NCBI GenBank assembly: GCA_028280855.1
Contig: JANQLA010000087.1
Coordinates: forward strand, 1 to 63,959
Direction of reading: 5' to 3'
Source of the DNA: Melioribacteraceae bacterium
Lineage (GTDB): Bacteria > Bacteroidota > Ignavibacteria > Ignavibacteriales > Melioribacteraceae
Length of the DNA: 63,959 nucleotides
A program made the position numbers and the translations under genes. Every line of letters begins with the position of its first letter. Within the stretch, counting starts at the first letter, position 1. Positions 1 to 8,431 of this stretch are shown here, piece by piece. The notes beneath the pieces were generated by a model. The model saw nothing but the letters and a program-made list of their open reading frames with translations. It searched no databases and was not told the origin of the DNA.

Positions 1-207
1 ATTTATATACATTTTTTTATACTTACCGTCGCGTACAAAAGTAAACAGCTCTGCCCGCTCCAGGATTTTTAGATGCTTCATTACCCCGAAACGTGAATAC
101 TCGAAATACCCGGTAAGTTCGTTTACCGTAATTCCGGGATTGCTTTTTATGATATCCAGCATCTTTCTTCTTCCCGGGTCAGATAACGCTTTAAATACTA
201 TATCCAA
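1..207 (-). CDS. ArsR/SmtB-family winged-helix transcriptional regulator, partial (C-terminal end runs off the window)
   Basis: Not in the ORF track (no ATG, truncated). Hand translation of the minus strand from 207 gives (TTG)DIVFKALSDPGRRKMLDIIKSNPGITVNELTGYFEYSRFGVMKHLKILERAELFTFVRDGKYKKMYIN. This fits the ArsR pattern LSDPxRRxIL...HTH...HLKxLxxAxL. The start codon (TTG at 205..207) is a guess. Confidence 0.6.
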   Translation of the reverse strand, partial: MDIVFKALSDPGRRKMLDIIKSNPGITVNELTGYFEYSRFGVMKHLKILERAELFTFVRDGKYKKMYIN

Positions 208-338
208 ATTAATTCAATAAATATGTGACTAAATGGTCACTTGAAATATAATATAGATATGTTGCCTTGTCAAGTGCAGGATTTCTTCTATAAACGATGC
301 TTTGGAGAAGCATAATTCTTATAATGAAAACCCGACTA

Positions 339-1184
339 CTATGGGATTGGTTGTAATAACTCTGAAACAACTCCCTCTTTTGTAATAAATGCAAAATATT
401 TACCGAATATATTTTCATGAGGTTCTTTTTCGTGAATTTCGATTCCCGCTTCTTTGAAATAGTTAAAAGCGGATCCAATATCATCAGTCGCAAAAACTAT
501 ACTAACTTTTGTATCGGTTTTATATTTGGCATCCGATGGTTTCAGATTTTTCTTCATGTGAAGCATAAAGCCGAATGAGTTATCCCAGTTTGCCAAAGGA
601 AGTGCAGGTGGAAAATATTTTTCCGTTCGCACACCAAACTTTAATTTCTCTACAAATAATTTCCGTGCAGCAGGGATATCCGAAAAATAATAACCGTAAT
701 TGTAAATACGAGGTCCATTTATTTTTTCTACATTTCCAACCGTTTGTTGAACAATCGACAGCACATTTCCAAAAGGATCTCTGAAGTTCGCAGCCAGTCC
801 AATTCCTACGGTATCAATGGAACTTATTATTTCAACACCCTTTGTTTTCCACTTTTCATAAGTATAATGAATATCATTTACCTGTATTGCTAAACTCGTT
901 TGAGCTTCATCCGGGTATTCGGAGAAATTAATTTTTTCCGTTTGGACAAGCCAAAGTTTTGATGATTCATTTTGAAGTTCAATAATGTTGGATTCATGGT
1001 GGTATGATTTTATTCTGAATCCAATTTTATCGACGTAAAACTCTTCAGCGGATTTTAAGTCGGAAACATAAATCTTGACGCCATAAGCACGTAGGTTCAA
1101 ATCATCTTGATTGCTTTGGGATAGTATACTTTTATGATTCAATAGAATAACTAAGCTTAAAAATGTGAATAATAATTTCTTCAT
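339..1184 (-). CDS. Secreted two-module VOC (glyoxalase/bleomycin-resistance/dioxygenase) family protein
   Basis: 281-aa ORF with a signal-like N-terminus (MKKLLFTFLSLVILLN). Two VOC-type module starts are visible: YGVKIYVSDLKSAEEFYVDKIGF and YGYYFSDIPAARKLFVEKLKF. Confidence 0.55.
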   Translation of the reverse strand: MKKLLFTFLSLVILLNHKSILSQSNQDDLNLRAYGVKIYVSDLKSAEEFYVDKIGFRIKSYHHESNIIELQNESSKLWLVQTEKINFSEYPDEAQTSLAIQVNDIHYTYEKWKTKGVEIISSIDTVGIGLAANFRDPFGNVLSIVQQTVGNVEKINGPRIYNYGYYFSDIPAARKLFVEKLKFGVRTEKYFPPALPLANWDNSFGFMLHMKKNLKPSDAKYKTDTKVSIVFATDDIGSAFNYFKEAGIEIHEKEPHENIFGKYFAFITKEGVVSELLQPIP

Positions 1185-1191
1185 ACACCCC

Positions 1192-1773
1192 TCAAATATT
1201 TGTGTTATTTAGCTTTGTAATTTCCCTTACTTCTATTTTTCCACCGTATTTAATATGCGGACAGGATTTCGCGATTATTAATGCTTCCTCATAATTATTT
1301 GCTTGAATTACAAAATAACCACTCATTGTACGCGGATTAACATATATAGAATCACCGGATGCTTTTGAGGAAATTCCTGAACTCGACAAAAGAAATCCCG
1401 TACTTCTAAGTTTCTCTCCCGAAACCACCTTTTGTTCGGCAGCTAATTTTCTCACCCAGGCTGAATAATTGGTCACTCTTTCTGATTCCGTTCCGGTTAA
1501 ATTATTATTGTTATAAAGCAACAAAACGTATTTAGAATCATAGGTTGATTGTGCAAACCCTGTAATACCGCTATTAAGTGTGTAACCAATAAGAGTTCCG
1601 ATAAAAATTAAAAGAATAGCAAAGCTTATTTTTAGTGAAACAACAGAGAAATATTTTTTATTATTAAGTAGTCCCAGGTCCCGTAGTTTTAGAATTACCT
1701 TATATTCTAACTGTAATGGGATAGGAAACGGATCATTAATCTGTTTACCTAAACCTTTCATTCTTGAGTCCAT
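1192..1773 (-). CDS. Single-pass membrane protein with C-terminal YCII-like domain (candidate anti-sigma partner of the upstream ECF sigma)
   Basis: 193-aa ORF lying 11 nt downstream of the sigma gene. It has one hydrophobic span (FSVVSLKISFAILLIFIGTLIGYTL). The C-terminus SGYFVIQANNYEEALIIAKSCPHIKYGGKIEVREI resembles YCII-family ends. Confidence 0.5.
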   Translation of the reverse strand: MDSRMKGLGKQINDPFPIPLQLEYKVILKLRDLGLLNNKKYFSVVSLKISFAILLIFIGTLIGYTLNSGITGFAQSTYDSKYVLLLYNNNNLTGTESERVTNYSAWVRKLAAEQKVVSGEKLRSTGFLLSSSGISSKASGDSIYVNPRTMSGYFVIQANNYEEALIIAKSCPHIKYGGKIEVREITKLNNTNI

Positions 1774-1784
1774 GATTGCTCCTC

Positions 1785-2309
1785 TTAATTCTTCTCTGTT
1801 AAAAATTTCCTCATTGCTGAGCGTGCGCGTGAGAGCTGGCTTTTACTTGTTCCTATCTCAATGCCAAGTATTTCGGCAATTTCACGGTGTTTAAATCCCT
1901 GAACATCATGAAGTATAAAGATATTTTTATATCCTTCGGGTAACGTAGCCATTGCTTTATCGAGATCAATACTATCAGGCTTATACCCATTATCAGGAAT
2001 TGGATTTAATTGAAAGTATTCGTTCTTAATAGAAGAATTCTCTCGTAAAAATTCTTTCTTAATATTAATAGCAATTCCGAAAAGCCATGTTTTAAAAGAA
2101 GATCTCCATTTAAATGTGGTAAGGTTTTGAATAACACGAACCCAAGTTTCCTGGATAATCTCTTCAACTATGTAGTGGTTGCTGTTTAGTGATTTTAACA
2201 AAAACTGATATAACATTGGGGTGTATTTTCTATAAAGCGGGAGAAAGTATCTCTCATCGTTATTTAAGAGGAACGCTGTAATATTAATTAAATCAACAAT
2301 TTTTTTCAT
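1785..2309 (-). CDS. ECF-type RNA polymerase sigma-70 family factor
   Basis: Region-2-like IIQETWVRVIQNLTTFKWRSSFKTWLFGIAIN and region-4 HTH HREIAEILGIEIGTSKSQLSRARSAMRKFL. Start moved from the track ATG (2366) to MKKIVD at 2309. Confidence 0.8.
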   Translation of the reverse strand: MKKIVDLINITAFLLNNDERYFLPLYRKYTPMLYQFLLKSLNSNHYIVEEIIQETWVRVIQNLTTFKWRSSFKTWLFGIAINIKKEFLRENSSIKNEYFQLNPIPDNGYKPDSIDLDKAMATLPEGYKNIFILHDVQGFKHREIAEILGIEIGTSKSQLSRARSAMRKFLTEKN

Positions 2310-2499
2310 TGAGATATACGTATAAATATTATTAGTGATTTCTTTTGCGAAATGGTTGCATGTCAATTTTTTCCAGTAGTTTATTTAAATACTTGTGTGA
2401 ATATAAAGTTATTGGAGGGTTTATTACTTTAACATTACGAGTGATTTATTCAAATGAATTTTGAAGCAAATTATAAAGCCGCGCAGGTGTACGATTAAA

Positions 2500-3054
2500 T
2501 TATAGTTTTGGATAGTAAAATGCGTCTTCAAAATCGGAAGACTCGGCCTTTTGTTTTCCACTCCAGCTCTCTATTGATAGTTGATAAGTGGTAACACCCT
2601 TAACTTCTTCATCAGTAATTGGTCTATAATCTTTTCCCGGTTCCAGGTGAGGAAAGTATTTATCGTTCAATTTTTGCAGGGCTTCTTTTGCGGAATCCGT
2701 GTTATCAATGATTTTGATATTGCCGAATACTACAACGCTTTTGTACTCAACGCTGAATTCTCGGGCAACTTTAGCCGGCAGCAGCCTGCCCATTTCAGCT
2801 ACACTCAAGCATGCTTTGTTGTTTTGTTCGATATTATGTTTTAGCCTGCCGTGCGAGGACGTATGGAAATAAATGCAGTTGTTATCTTCATCATAGACGA
2901 ATGTATTTGTGTTTATGAATGGTTGATCTTTAGCAGCAGTTGAAATGAATGCAAATGGAGCTTCGTGTAAATATTGTTTTATCCATTCATCATCTTTTCC
3001 ACGGTCTTTACGCCGCATTTCATTTACCGGTTTTGAATTGTAATCTGTGCTCAT
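2500..3054 (-). CDS. Pyridoxamine 5'-phosphate oxidase-like FMN-binding split-barrel protein
   Basis: 184 aa. The N-terminal MRRKDRGKDDEWIKQYLHEAPFAFISTAAKDQPFINTNTFVYDEDNNCIYFHTS is typical of PNPOx-family (Pyridox_ox_2-type) proteins. Confidence 0.65.
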   Translation of the reverse strand: MSTDYNSKPVNEMRRKDRGKDDEWIKQYLHEAPFAFISTAAKDQPFINTNTFVYDEDNNCIYFHTSSHGRLKHNIEQNNKACLSVAEMGRLLPAKVAREFSVEYKSVVVFGNIKIIDNTDSAKEALQKLNDKYFPHLEPGKDYRPITDEEVKGVTTYQLSIESWSGKQKAESSDFEDAFYYPKL

Positions 3055-3110
3055 TAATTACTCACTGTGGTTAAATGTCTGAATTATGACTGTAATTAAC
3101 TAAAAATAAT

Positions 3111-3215
3111 TGCCACAAAGTCTCCAAGACTCTAAGAAGATTCAATAAAAAGAAACAATTACAGGTGGTAATCCCTTTTGTTAAAATACCTTTGCGCCTT
3201 CCAGCCTTCGTGGCG
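3111..3215. repeat. Intergenic inverted pair of GCCACRAAG-type 8-9-mer mini-arrays (REP-like element, copy 1)
   Basis: Left arm tgccacaaagtctccaagactctaagaag (3111..). The right arm read on the other strand is cgccacgaaggctggaaggcgcaaaggtat (..3215). An AT-rich centre separates them. The left arm is 22/30 identical to the copy-2 left arm at 5323..5352 by hand alignment. Confidence 0.6.
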
Positions 3216-3227
3216 TTTCTGCTTGTT

Positions 3228-3809
3228 CTAAAATCCCATTGCAGCTTTTACTTTATCAACATTCTCCTTGCTTGTTAACATCTCCAGGAGTTTAAATGCT
3301 GCTTCCAAGGCATTTGCAGGACCTGAACACGTAACAACATTTTTATCAACAACGAAAAGTTCTTCTGCAATATTAACGCCAAAACTTTCCATCTGTTTTA
3401 TTCGCTTACCGCCGCTTTGATGATAAGTAATGCCGTAGCGTCCTTTTAGTATACCGCTTTTACCAATTGGTAAAGAACCAACACATACCGACGATACGGG
3501 CTGCTGTTTGTCATCGAAATGTCTGATAACATCAAGGAACTCTTCACTGTAGGCGTCTTCGTAAAAATCGGCTTCTTCAAATCCGCCGGGAATTGCAAGG
3601 GCGTCGAAGTCGTTTAAGTCAATATCCTTAAGCAGCATTTCCGGTATTACGGTAAAATTCCATGTACATTTTATTTTATCGCGCAGGCCAACGGTAACAA
3701 GTTCGACTGGTTGCTCACCGATTTCGTCGTTGTTCCATCCGAATACATCCGTAAATACTGCAGCTTCGTAAGCTTCGAAACCTTGCGCGAGTAAGAGCAT
3801 TACTTTCAT
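3228..3809 (-). CDS. DJ-1/PfpI family protein
   Basis: MKVMLLLAQGFEAYEA..., ALAIPGG and SSVCVGS nucleophile-elbow-like motifs. Start moved to ATG at 3809. Confidence 0.7.
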   Translation of the reverse strand: MKVMLLLAQGFEAYEAAVFTDVFGWNNDEIGEQPVELVTVGLRDKIKCTWNFTVIPEMLLKDIDLNDFDALAIPGGFEEADFYEDAYSEEFLDVIRHFDDKQQPVSSVCVGSLPIGKSGILKGRYGITYHQSGGKRIKQMESFGVNIAEELFVVDKNVVTCSGPANALEAAFKLLEMLTSKENVDKVKAAMGF

Positions 3810-3938
3810 AACATCCTCAGAATAATGAATAGCAATTATAGGAAATTTATAATTGCCAACGCTCACGAAAATAATTTTACATAAATATGTAAATGAATAA
3901 ACTTATGAAATTAATTCAGGGAGAGTTTTACAGTTTTA

Positions 3939-5141
3939 TTATTCTTTACTCGCAGCAAGTATTTCTTCACGTGGCTCATTTTGTATCTTTTTCAATTTCC
4001 TTAAAGGTTTCAATCCGAATAATAGTCTTGTAATATTAAACCGTTTTATTAGTAGTTCATAAATGATAAAGCAGCCTGCGAAAGTGATAATAACAACCAC
4101 GATAAATTTCGAAACTATTCCTATTTGCCAGGACGCTAAATAGTGTCCCGCTGTAATTGTAATAGTTTGATGAAGTATATAAAAAGGGTAAACCGATTCA
4201 CTGGCATAGCTCAAAAGTTTGCCGGGTTTATTAAATAACCTCCGGCTGTACCCTATAATAGTCAGCAGCCATGTCGTTACAAAGGTAATTTTCAGAAACC
4301 CGTAAATAAAAAAGAATGATTCGGCTTGTTCATCAAATAACTCAAGTCCCGGGCCCCAAACAAAGAAAACCAGAACAAACAAAGGCACCAATGAAATTTT
4401 AAAGGATACTTTCCTTTGTTGCTCAATTACATCCCATAATCCCGGAACAGATACAAAAAGAAATCCAAACAAGAAGAACACAAGCGAGTAAGTGAAATTA
4501 CACCAATCGTTAATAAGTGCATGCGTCGTGGGAAATTGCCATGATAACAAATAATGTATTGCAAGCAGCGGAACACCGAGGAGATAAATAAATCCGGGGC
4601 GTGAAAAGCATCGAAGCATCTTTTCCTTTAGCTTTTTAGAACGCTCACTTCTTAAAAATAGAAACAACGGCAAACATAAAAGTGAATAAACAAAAATGTA
4701 TGGAAGGAACCATAAGTGATGCCAGCTAAAACTACCTCCGGCCGGATACGGTATAAGTTCGAAAACTGTTTTGTAGAAATCGAAATAACCGGCAAACTCA
4801 ATACCGTTCGAGATACGTTCAAAATAGATTTGCGGTGGAACAATAACCAGCATACCGAAAAGCAGCGGGATCAACAGCCTGCGATTACGTTCTTTTATAA
4901 ATGTCCAACCGCTTCTAAAGCCCAAGGCATAATAAACACCGATGCCGGAAATAATAAATAAAAGAGGCAGACGAAACTGGCTCGAAAAAGCCATCCAAGT
5001 TTCGAACCACTCGGATGTTTCGGGATTTTTTACGTGCCAGCCCCACGGTACAAACAACATTCCGGCATGATACAATATTAGTACATAAAATGCGATTACC
5101 CTCAACCAGTCAATTTCGTGCCTTCGTTCTTTTTTTATCAT
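3939..5141 (-). CDS. Integral-membrane acyltransferase family 3 protein
   Basis: 400 aa and strongly hydrophobic throughout. The N-terminal EIDWLRVIAFYVLILYHAGMLF is typical of the acyltransferase_3 family. Confidence 0.65.
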   Translation of the reverse strand: MIKKERRHEIDWLRVIAFYVLILYHAGMLFVPWGWHVKNPETSEWFETWMAFSSQFRLPLLFIISGIGVYYALGFRSGWTFIKERNRRLLIPLLFGMLVIVPPQIYFERISNGIEFAGYFDFYKTVFELIPYPAGGSFSWHHLWFLPYIFVYSLLCLPLFLFLRSERSKKLKEKMLRCFSRPGFIYLLGVPLLAIHYLLSWQFPTTHALINDWCNFTYSLVFFLFGFLFVSVPGLWDVIEQQRKVSFKISLVPLFVLVFFVWGPGLELFDEQAESFFFIYGFLKITFVTTWLLTIIGYSRRLFNKPGKLLSYASESVYPFYILHQTITITAGHYLASWQIGIVSKFIVVVIITFAGCFIIYELLIKRFNITRLLFGLKPLRKLKKIQNEPREEILAASKE

Positions 5142-5323
5142 TTTATTTCTCTGATTAATCTTATTTTCCGAATGTGACGGTCAAGATAGGATTAGCGTTT
5201 GCTTTAACTTCGCTATTTGTCGTAGGCGGGTTTTATTTGTGCACCAAATGGATTACCAGGCTGCAATAGCGATGGGATAAATCAATAAATTTAGAATGGA
5301 GTTAAATATTTATTTACTATTCA

Positions 5324-5442
5324 GCCACGAAGCCTCGAAGGCACGAAGAAGGGCAATATTTATAAAAGTAAAATTCCCGGTTTCTAAGTATAATATCCTT
5401 TGTGCCTCTGTTTGCCGATAGGTAGGTTCGTGACTTAGTGGC
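5324..5442. repeat. Intergenic inverted pair of GCCACRAAG-type mini-arrays (REP-like element, copy 2)
   Basis: gccacgaagcctcgaaggcacgaagaag at 5324... The opposite strand at ..5442 reads gccactaagtcacgaacc...ggcaaacagaggcacaaagg. Same architecture as 3111..3215. Confidence 0.55.
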
Positions 5443-5576
5443 AAATGTCTTTTTACACTTTTAACATTCAAGTCTGTAAGTAGCAAAGAAAAACAAAAGT
5501 TATGATAACAGGTAAAGATAATATTCGTAAAAACAGACACAGATCAATATGCTGAACATAAACAATATTTTCTAAT

Positions 5577-6677
5577 ATGAATGTATTTACAAATGATATT
5601 GAGTTCCGAAAATGGATCTACATATTCATCATTCTCTTTGTTATCGGGCTTTTGAATTTCAGCATCATAGTAACTGAAAAAAGTATATACGATGAAAACG
5701 TAGAGTTCATATATCCTTTCGTGAATGAAATGACGGGATCGCTTACAACTATAATTCCTTTGCCTCTTCTTCTTGGATTGTTCAATAAACACCCAATCAG
5801 GTTAACAAATATATTCTATTCTCTTCCGATTTATTTGTTTGCGTCCGTTGTATTCGGTGTAACGCATACACTTCTTATGACGGTTAGCCGGGCGGCGATA
5901 TATCCCTTACTGGATATGGGTAATTACGACCCCGGAATATTTCATTTGCGTCTCCTCATGGAATACCAAAAGCAGTTTATTGTATTCTGGTTGGTTTACG
6001 CTGTAGTATATTTTGTGAACGCATACAAGGAAAAACAGAAAGAAAAATTAAAAGCCGCCGACCTCGAAAAACAGTTAACAAAAGCGCAGTTATCTAATTT
6101 ACAAAATCAGCTTAACCCGCATTTTTTATTCAACACGTTAAATATGATTTCATCCGAGATGTATAATAATCCAAAGGCAGCTGATACACTGATTGCAAAC
6201 TTGAGCGACTTGCTGCGAAGTTCATTTACAACAATAAAAAACGAAAAACATACCTTTAATGAGGAGATCAAACTTACCAATTTGTACTTAGATATAATGA
6301 AGGCAAGGTATCGCGAAAAGTTAAACGTGAAATTTAATATTGACAGCGAGGCACATTCTGCATTGATTCCGTGGTTTACGTTTCAGCCGTTTGTTGAGAA
6401 CTCTATTAAATTCGGTATTGAAGAAAACGAAAAGGTAAATATTACGATAACCAGCCTGGTAAGTGCGAATAATTTGATCATTTCAATTGAGGACGATGGT
6501 CCCGGCATCAATAACGATGAAAGTGATTATTTTAATAAAGGTGTCGGCCTTTCAAATATGAAAGAAAGACTTGAAAAACTATATGACGGGAAAGGATCTT
6601 TAACTCTCCGGGAGAACTTGCAGGGCGGTGTTACAATAAAAATAATTATCCCGTTTGAGATTGGTGAAGAAGCATGA
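5577..6677 (+). CDS. LytS/YehU-type sensor histidine kinase
   Basis: Hydrophobic N-terminal half, followed by LNPHFLFNTLNMISS (the His_kinase/LytS signature). The C-terminus looks like an HATPase (SIEDDGPGI...GVGLSNMKERL). Confidence 0.8.
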   Translation: MNVFTNDIEFRKWIYIFIILFVIGLLNFSIIVTEKSIYDENVEFIYPFVNEMTGSLTTIIPLPLLLGLFNKHPIRLTNIFYSLPIYLFASVVFGVTHTLLMTVSRAAIYPLLDMGNYDPGIFHLRLLMEYQKQFIVFWLVYAVVYFVNAYKEKQKEKLKAADLEKQLTKAQLSNLQNQLNPHFLFNTLNMISSEMYNNPKAADTLIANLSDLLRSSFTTIKNEKHTFNEEIKLTNLYLDIMKARYREKLNVKFNIDSEAHSALIPWFTFQPFVENSIKFGIEENEKVNITITSLVSANNLIISIEDDGPGINNDESDYFNKGVGLSNMKERLEKLYDGKGSLTLRENLQGGVTIKIIIPFEIGEEA

Positions 6678-7426
6678 TTAAAAAACTCAACATTCTGGTT
6701 GCAGATGACGAACCGGCAGCCAGGGAAAAGATTGTTTCGCTTTTAAATGACAAAGAAAATGTCGGTAATATTTTACAAGCCTGTAACGGGATAGACGCCG
6801 TTAGAATTATTGATGAAGAAAAACCGGACCTGGTTTTCCTGGATATACAAATGCCTAAACTGAAAGGATTAGAAGTCGTTGAAGCTGTTGGCGTTAAAAA
6901 TATGCCCGTGGTTATTTTTGTTACGGCATTTGATCAATATGCTATTAATGCTTTTGATCTTGAAGCGGTTGATTATTTGTTAAAGCCTTTTGACCCTCCG
7001 AGATTCGAGAAAGCATTTCAACGAGCAACAAAGTTGCTGGAACCTAAGAACAGATCAAACAATGACCTGCAAAAAATTATTACGGAGCTGCGACAGGGCA
7101 ATAGATTTAAAGATAAATTTCTTGTGAGCAAAAACTCCAAATACTTTTTTGTAAAGCCTGATGACATTTACTTTATATCCGCGCAGGAAAAATATGTGGA
7201 GTTGAATACAGAGCGTGAAAAATATTTACTACGCGCAACAATGAACAGCATTGAAGAGGGGCTCAACCCGGCTAAATTTAAACGTACTCACCGGTCATAC
7301 ATAGTAAACATCGAAAAGATAAAGGAAATAGAGCCGGTGTCGCACGGTGATTATACAATTCTACTTACCAACGGAAACAAAGTAAAACTCGCCAGGAGGT
7401 TTAGGGAGAAGATTTTTCATTCCTAA
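6674..7426 (+). CDS. LytTR/AlgR-family response regulator
   Basis: Receiver domain (ILVADDEP...DLVFLDIQMP...) plus a C-terminal LytTR-type DNA-binding region (FFVKPDDIYFISAQEKYVEL...RTHRSYIVNI). 4-nt overlap with the kinase gene. Confidence 0.85.
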   Translation: MIKKLNILVADDEPAAREKIVSLLNDKENVGNILQACNGIDAVRIIDEEKPDLVFLDIQMPKLKGLEVVEAVGVKNMPVVIFVTAFDQYAINAFDLEAVDYLLKPFDPPRFEKAFQRATKLLEPKNRSNNDLQKIITELRQGNRFKDKFLVSKNSKYFFVKPDDIYFISAQEKYVELNTEREKYLLRATMNSIEEGLNPAKFKRTHRSYIVNIEKIKEIEPVSHGDYTILLTNGNKVKLARRFREKIFHS

Positions 7427-7627
7427 AGTTGAAAGCCGTCCACTGCATAAAATCTGCGACTAATTATAGCACGCTGATCCTTCATAATTATTATGATTGA
7501 TGATGATAGATACAAATATCAATCAAAATTAGGCGTCGTAATTAAAAATATCCGCACTAATTATAGTTATTAATCAGCGGCGCCTGCTAGTTCGGTTTAC
7601 AAACCTGTAGTTGGCAGATAGACGGAG

Positions 7628-7758
7628 CCGAGAGGAAAGCGGGAAAAATCAAATCACGGTTCTCGAGCGGAGTCGAGAGGACTTATGTCGCTTTCATATC
7701 AGCTTTGTTTTATGTCTCCGCTCACCTCGTCATAGTTTTTCCCGCTTGTCGGGCTCGG
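7628..7758. repeat. Nested imperfect inverted repeat (~130 nt potential stem-loop) in non-coding DNA
   Basis: ccgag (7628..7632) pairs with ctcgg (7754..7758). aagcgggaaaaa (7637..7648) pairs perfectly with tttttcccgctt (7736..7747). gagcggag (7665..7672) pairs with ctccgctc (7716..7723). Confidence 0.5.
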
Positions 7759-7804
7759 TAAGCTTGCGTTTTAGTCTTCTCAAAACCCTCATTACACGCT
7801 GCAT

Positions 7805-8005
7805 TCAGTTCTTTAACCCCCACTCGTATGGGTAGCGGCGTAAGGCTCCGGTTTGGTCTTTGTCCAGCCAGCCAATGTAGCGCCATGCTTCTTCTGAAAC
7901 AAAAGTAAAACTGTTATTTATATAATCTATAATTGCGCTTTGCGAGTTTGGTAGGTTTGCGTAAGCATATAAACATTCCCCGGTTTTTATATCCCATAGT
8001 TTTAT
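7805..8005 (-). pseudogene. Relic of the C-terminal end of a WD40-repeat protein gene
   Basis: Minus-strand frame between stops reads IKLWDIKTGECLYAYANLPNSQSAIIDYINNSFTFVSEEAWRYIGWLDKDQTGALRRYPYEWGLKN*. Just upstream, in another frame, is ...AFGSLDKT. Together these form a broken WD40 '..GSxDKTIKLWD' unit. No intact upstream ORF exists. Confidence 0.4.
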
Positions 8006-8246
8006 CTAAAGAGCCAAAAGCAGATTTTGTCATACAAATAATATCATATCCTATCCTATCATTACATCATTCTTTGCTAATTTCGAAATTTTTCTACTGT
8101 GAAAATTTCCGTATTTATGATTATCCCGCATCCGTTATTAGGATTTGTTTGGAACTCCAAAGTCAATAAACTTAAAGATTTAGCAAATAAACGACTAGAA
8201 AATTCTTTTACAAAATCCTTCTAAGTTATTATAAAAAAATAATATG

Positions 8247-8267
8247 TTCTAATGACCGTCATTAGAA
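8247..8267. repeat. Perfect 10+1+10 palindrome ttctaatgac-c-gtcattagaa
   Basis: Read directly from the sequence. A half-site-like tttctaacgacgg follows at 8272..8284. Confidence 0.6.
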
Positions 8268-8431
8268 ATTGTTTCTAACGACGGATTTGGGATTATATCA
8301 TTAGGTAGAAGATTCATGGCAGAATTTAACAGCACAGCTATTATACTGATTTAACGAATTTGTAAGGGATATACTTGGTTGTACACAATATTAGAGTATG
8401 GAAAAGTACGTCCAAGAAAATTATAATAGTG

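Noticed and set aside
209-493. Minus-strand ORF 209..493 overlapping the 3' end of the VOC gene.
   Set aside because: It is out of frame with and overlapping a better-supported gene, and its translation is low-complexity. The real feature upstream is the ATG-less ArsR fragment at 1..207.
5310-5792. Minus-strand ORFs 5310..5540 and 5544..5792 upstream of and overlapping the histidine kinase gene.
   Set aside because: One is built from the REP-like repeat (ATKARRHKG-type translation artefact). The other overlaps the kinase start on the opposite strand. Neither has a supporting motif.
7611-8169. Plus-strand ORFs 7611..7835 and 7933..8169.
   Set aside because: Their translations are Ser/Arg/Leu-rich and low-complexity, with no RBS. 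The first overlaps the nested inverted repeat. The second lies antisense to the WD40 relic. They are most likely non-coding.
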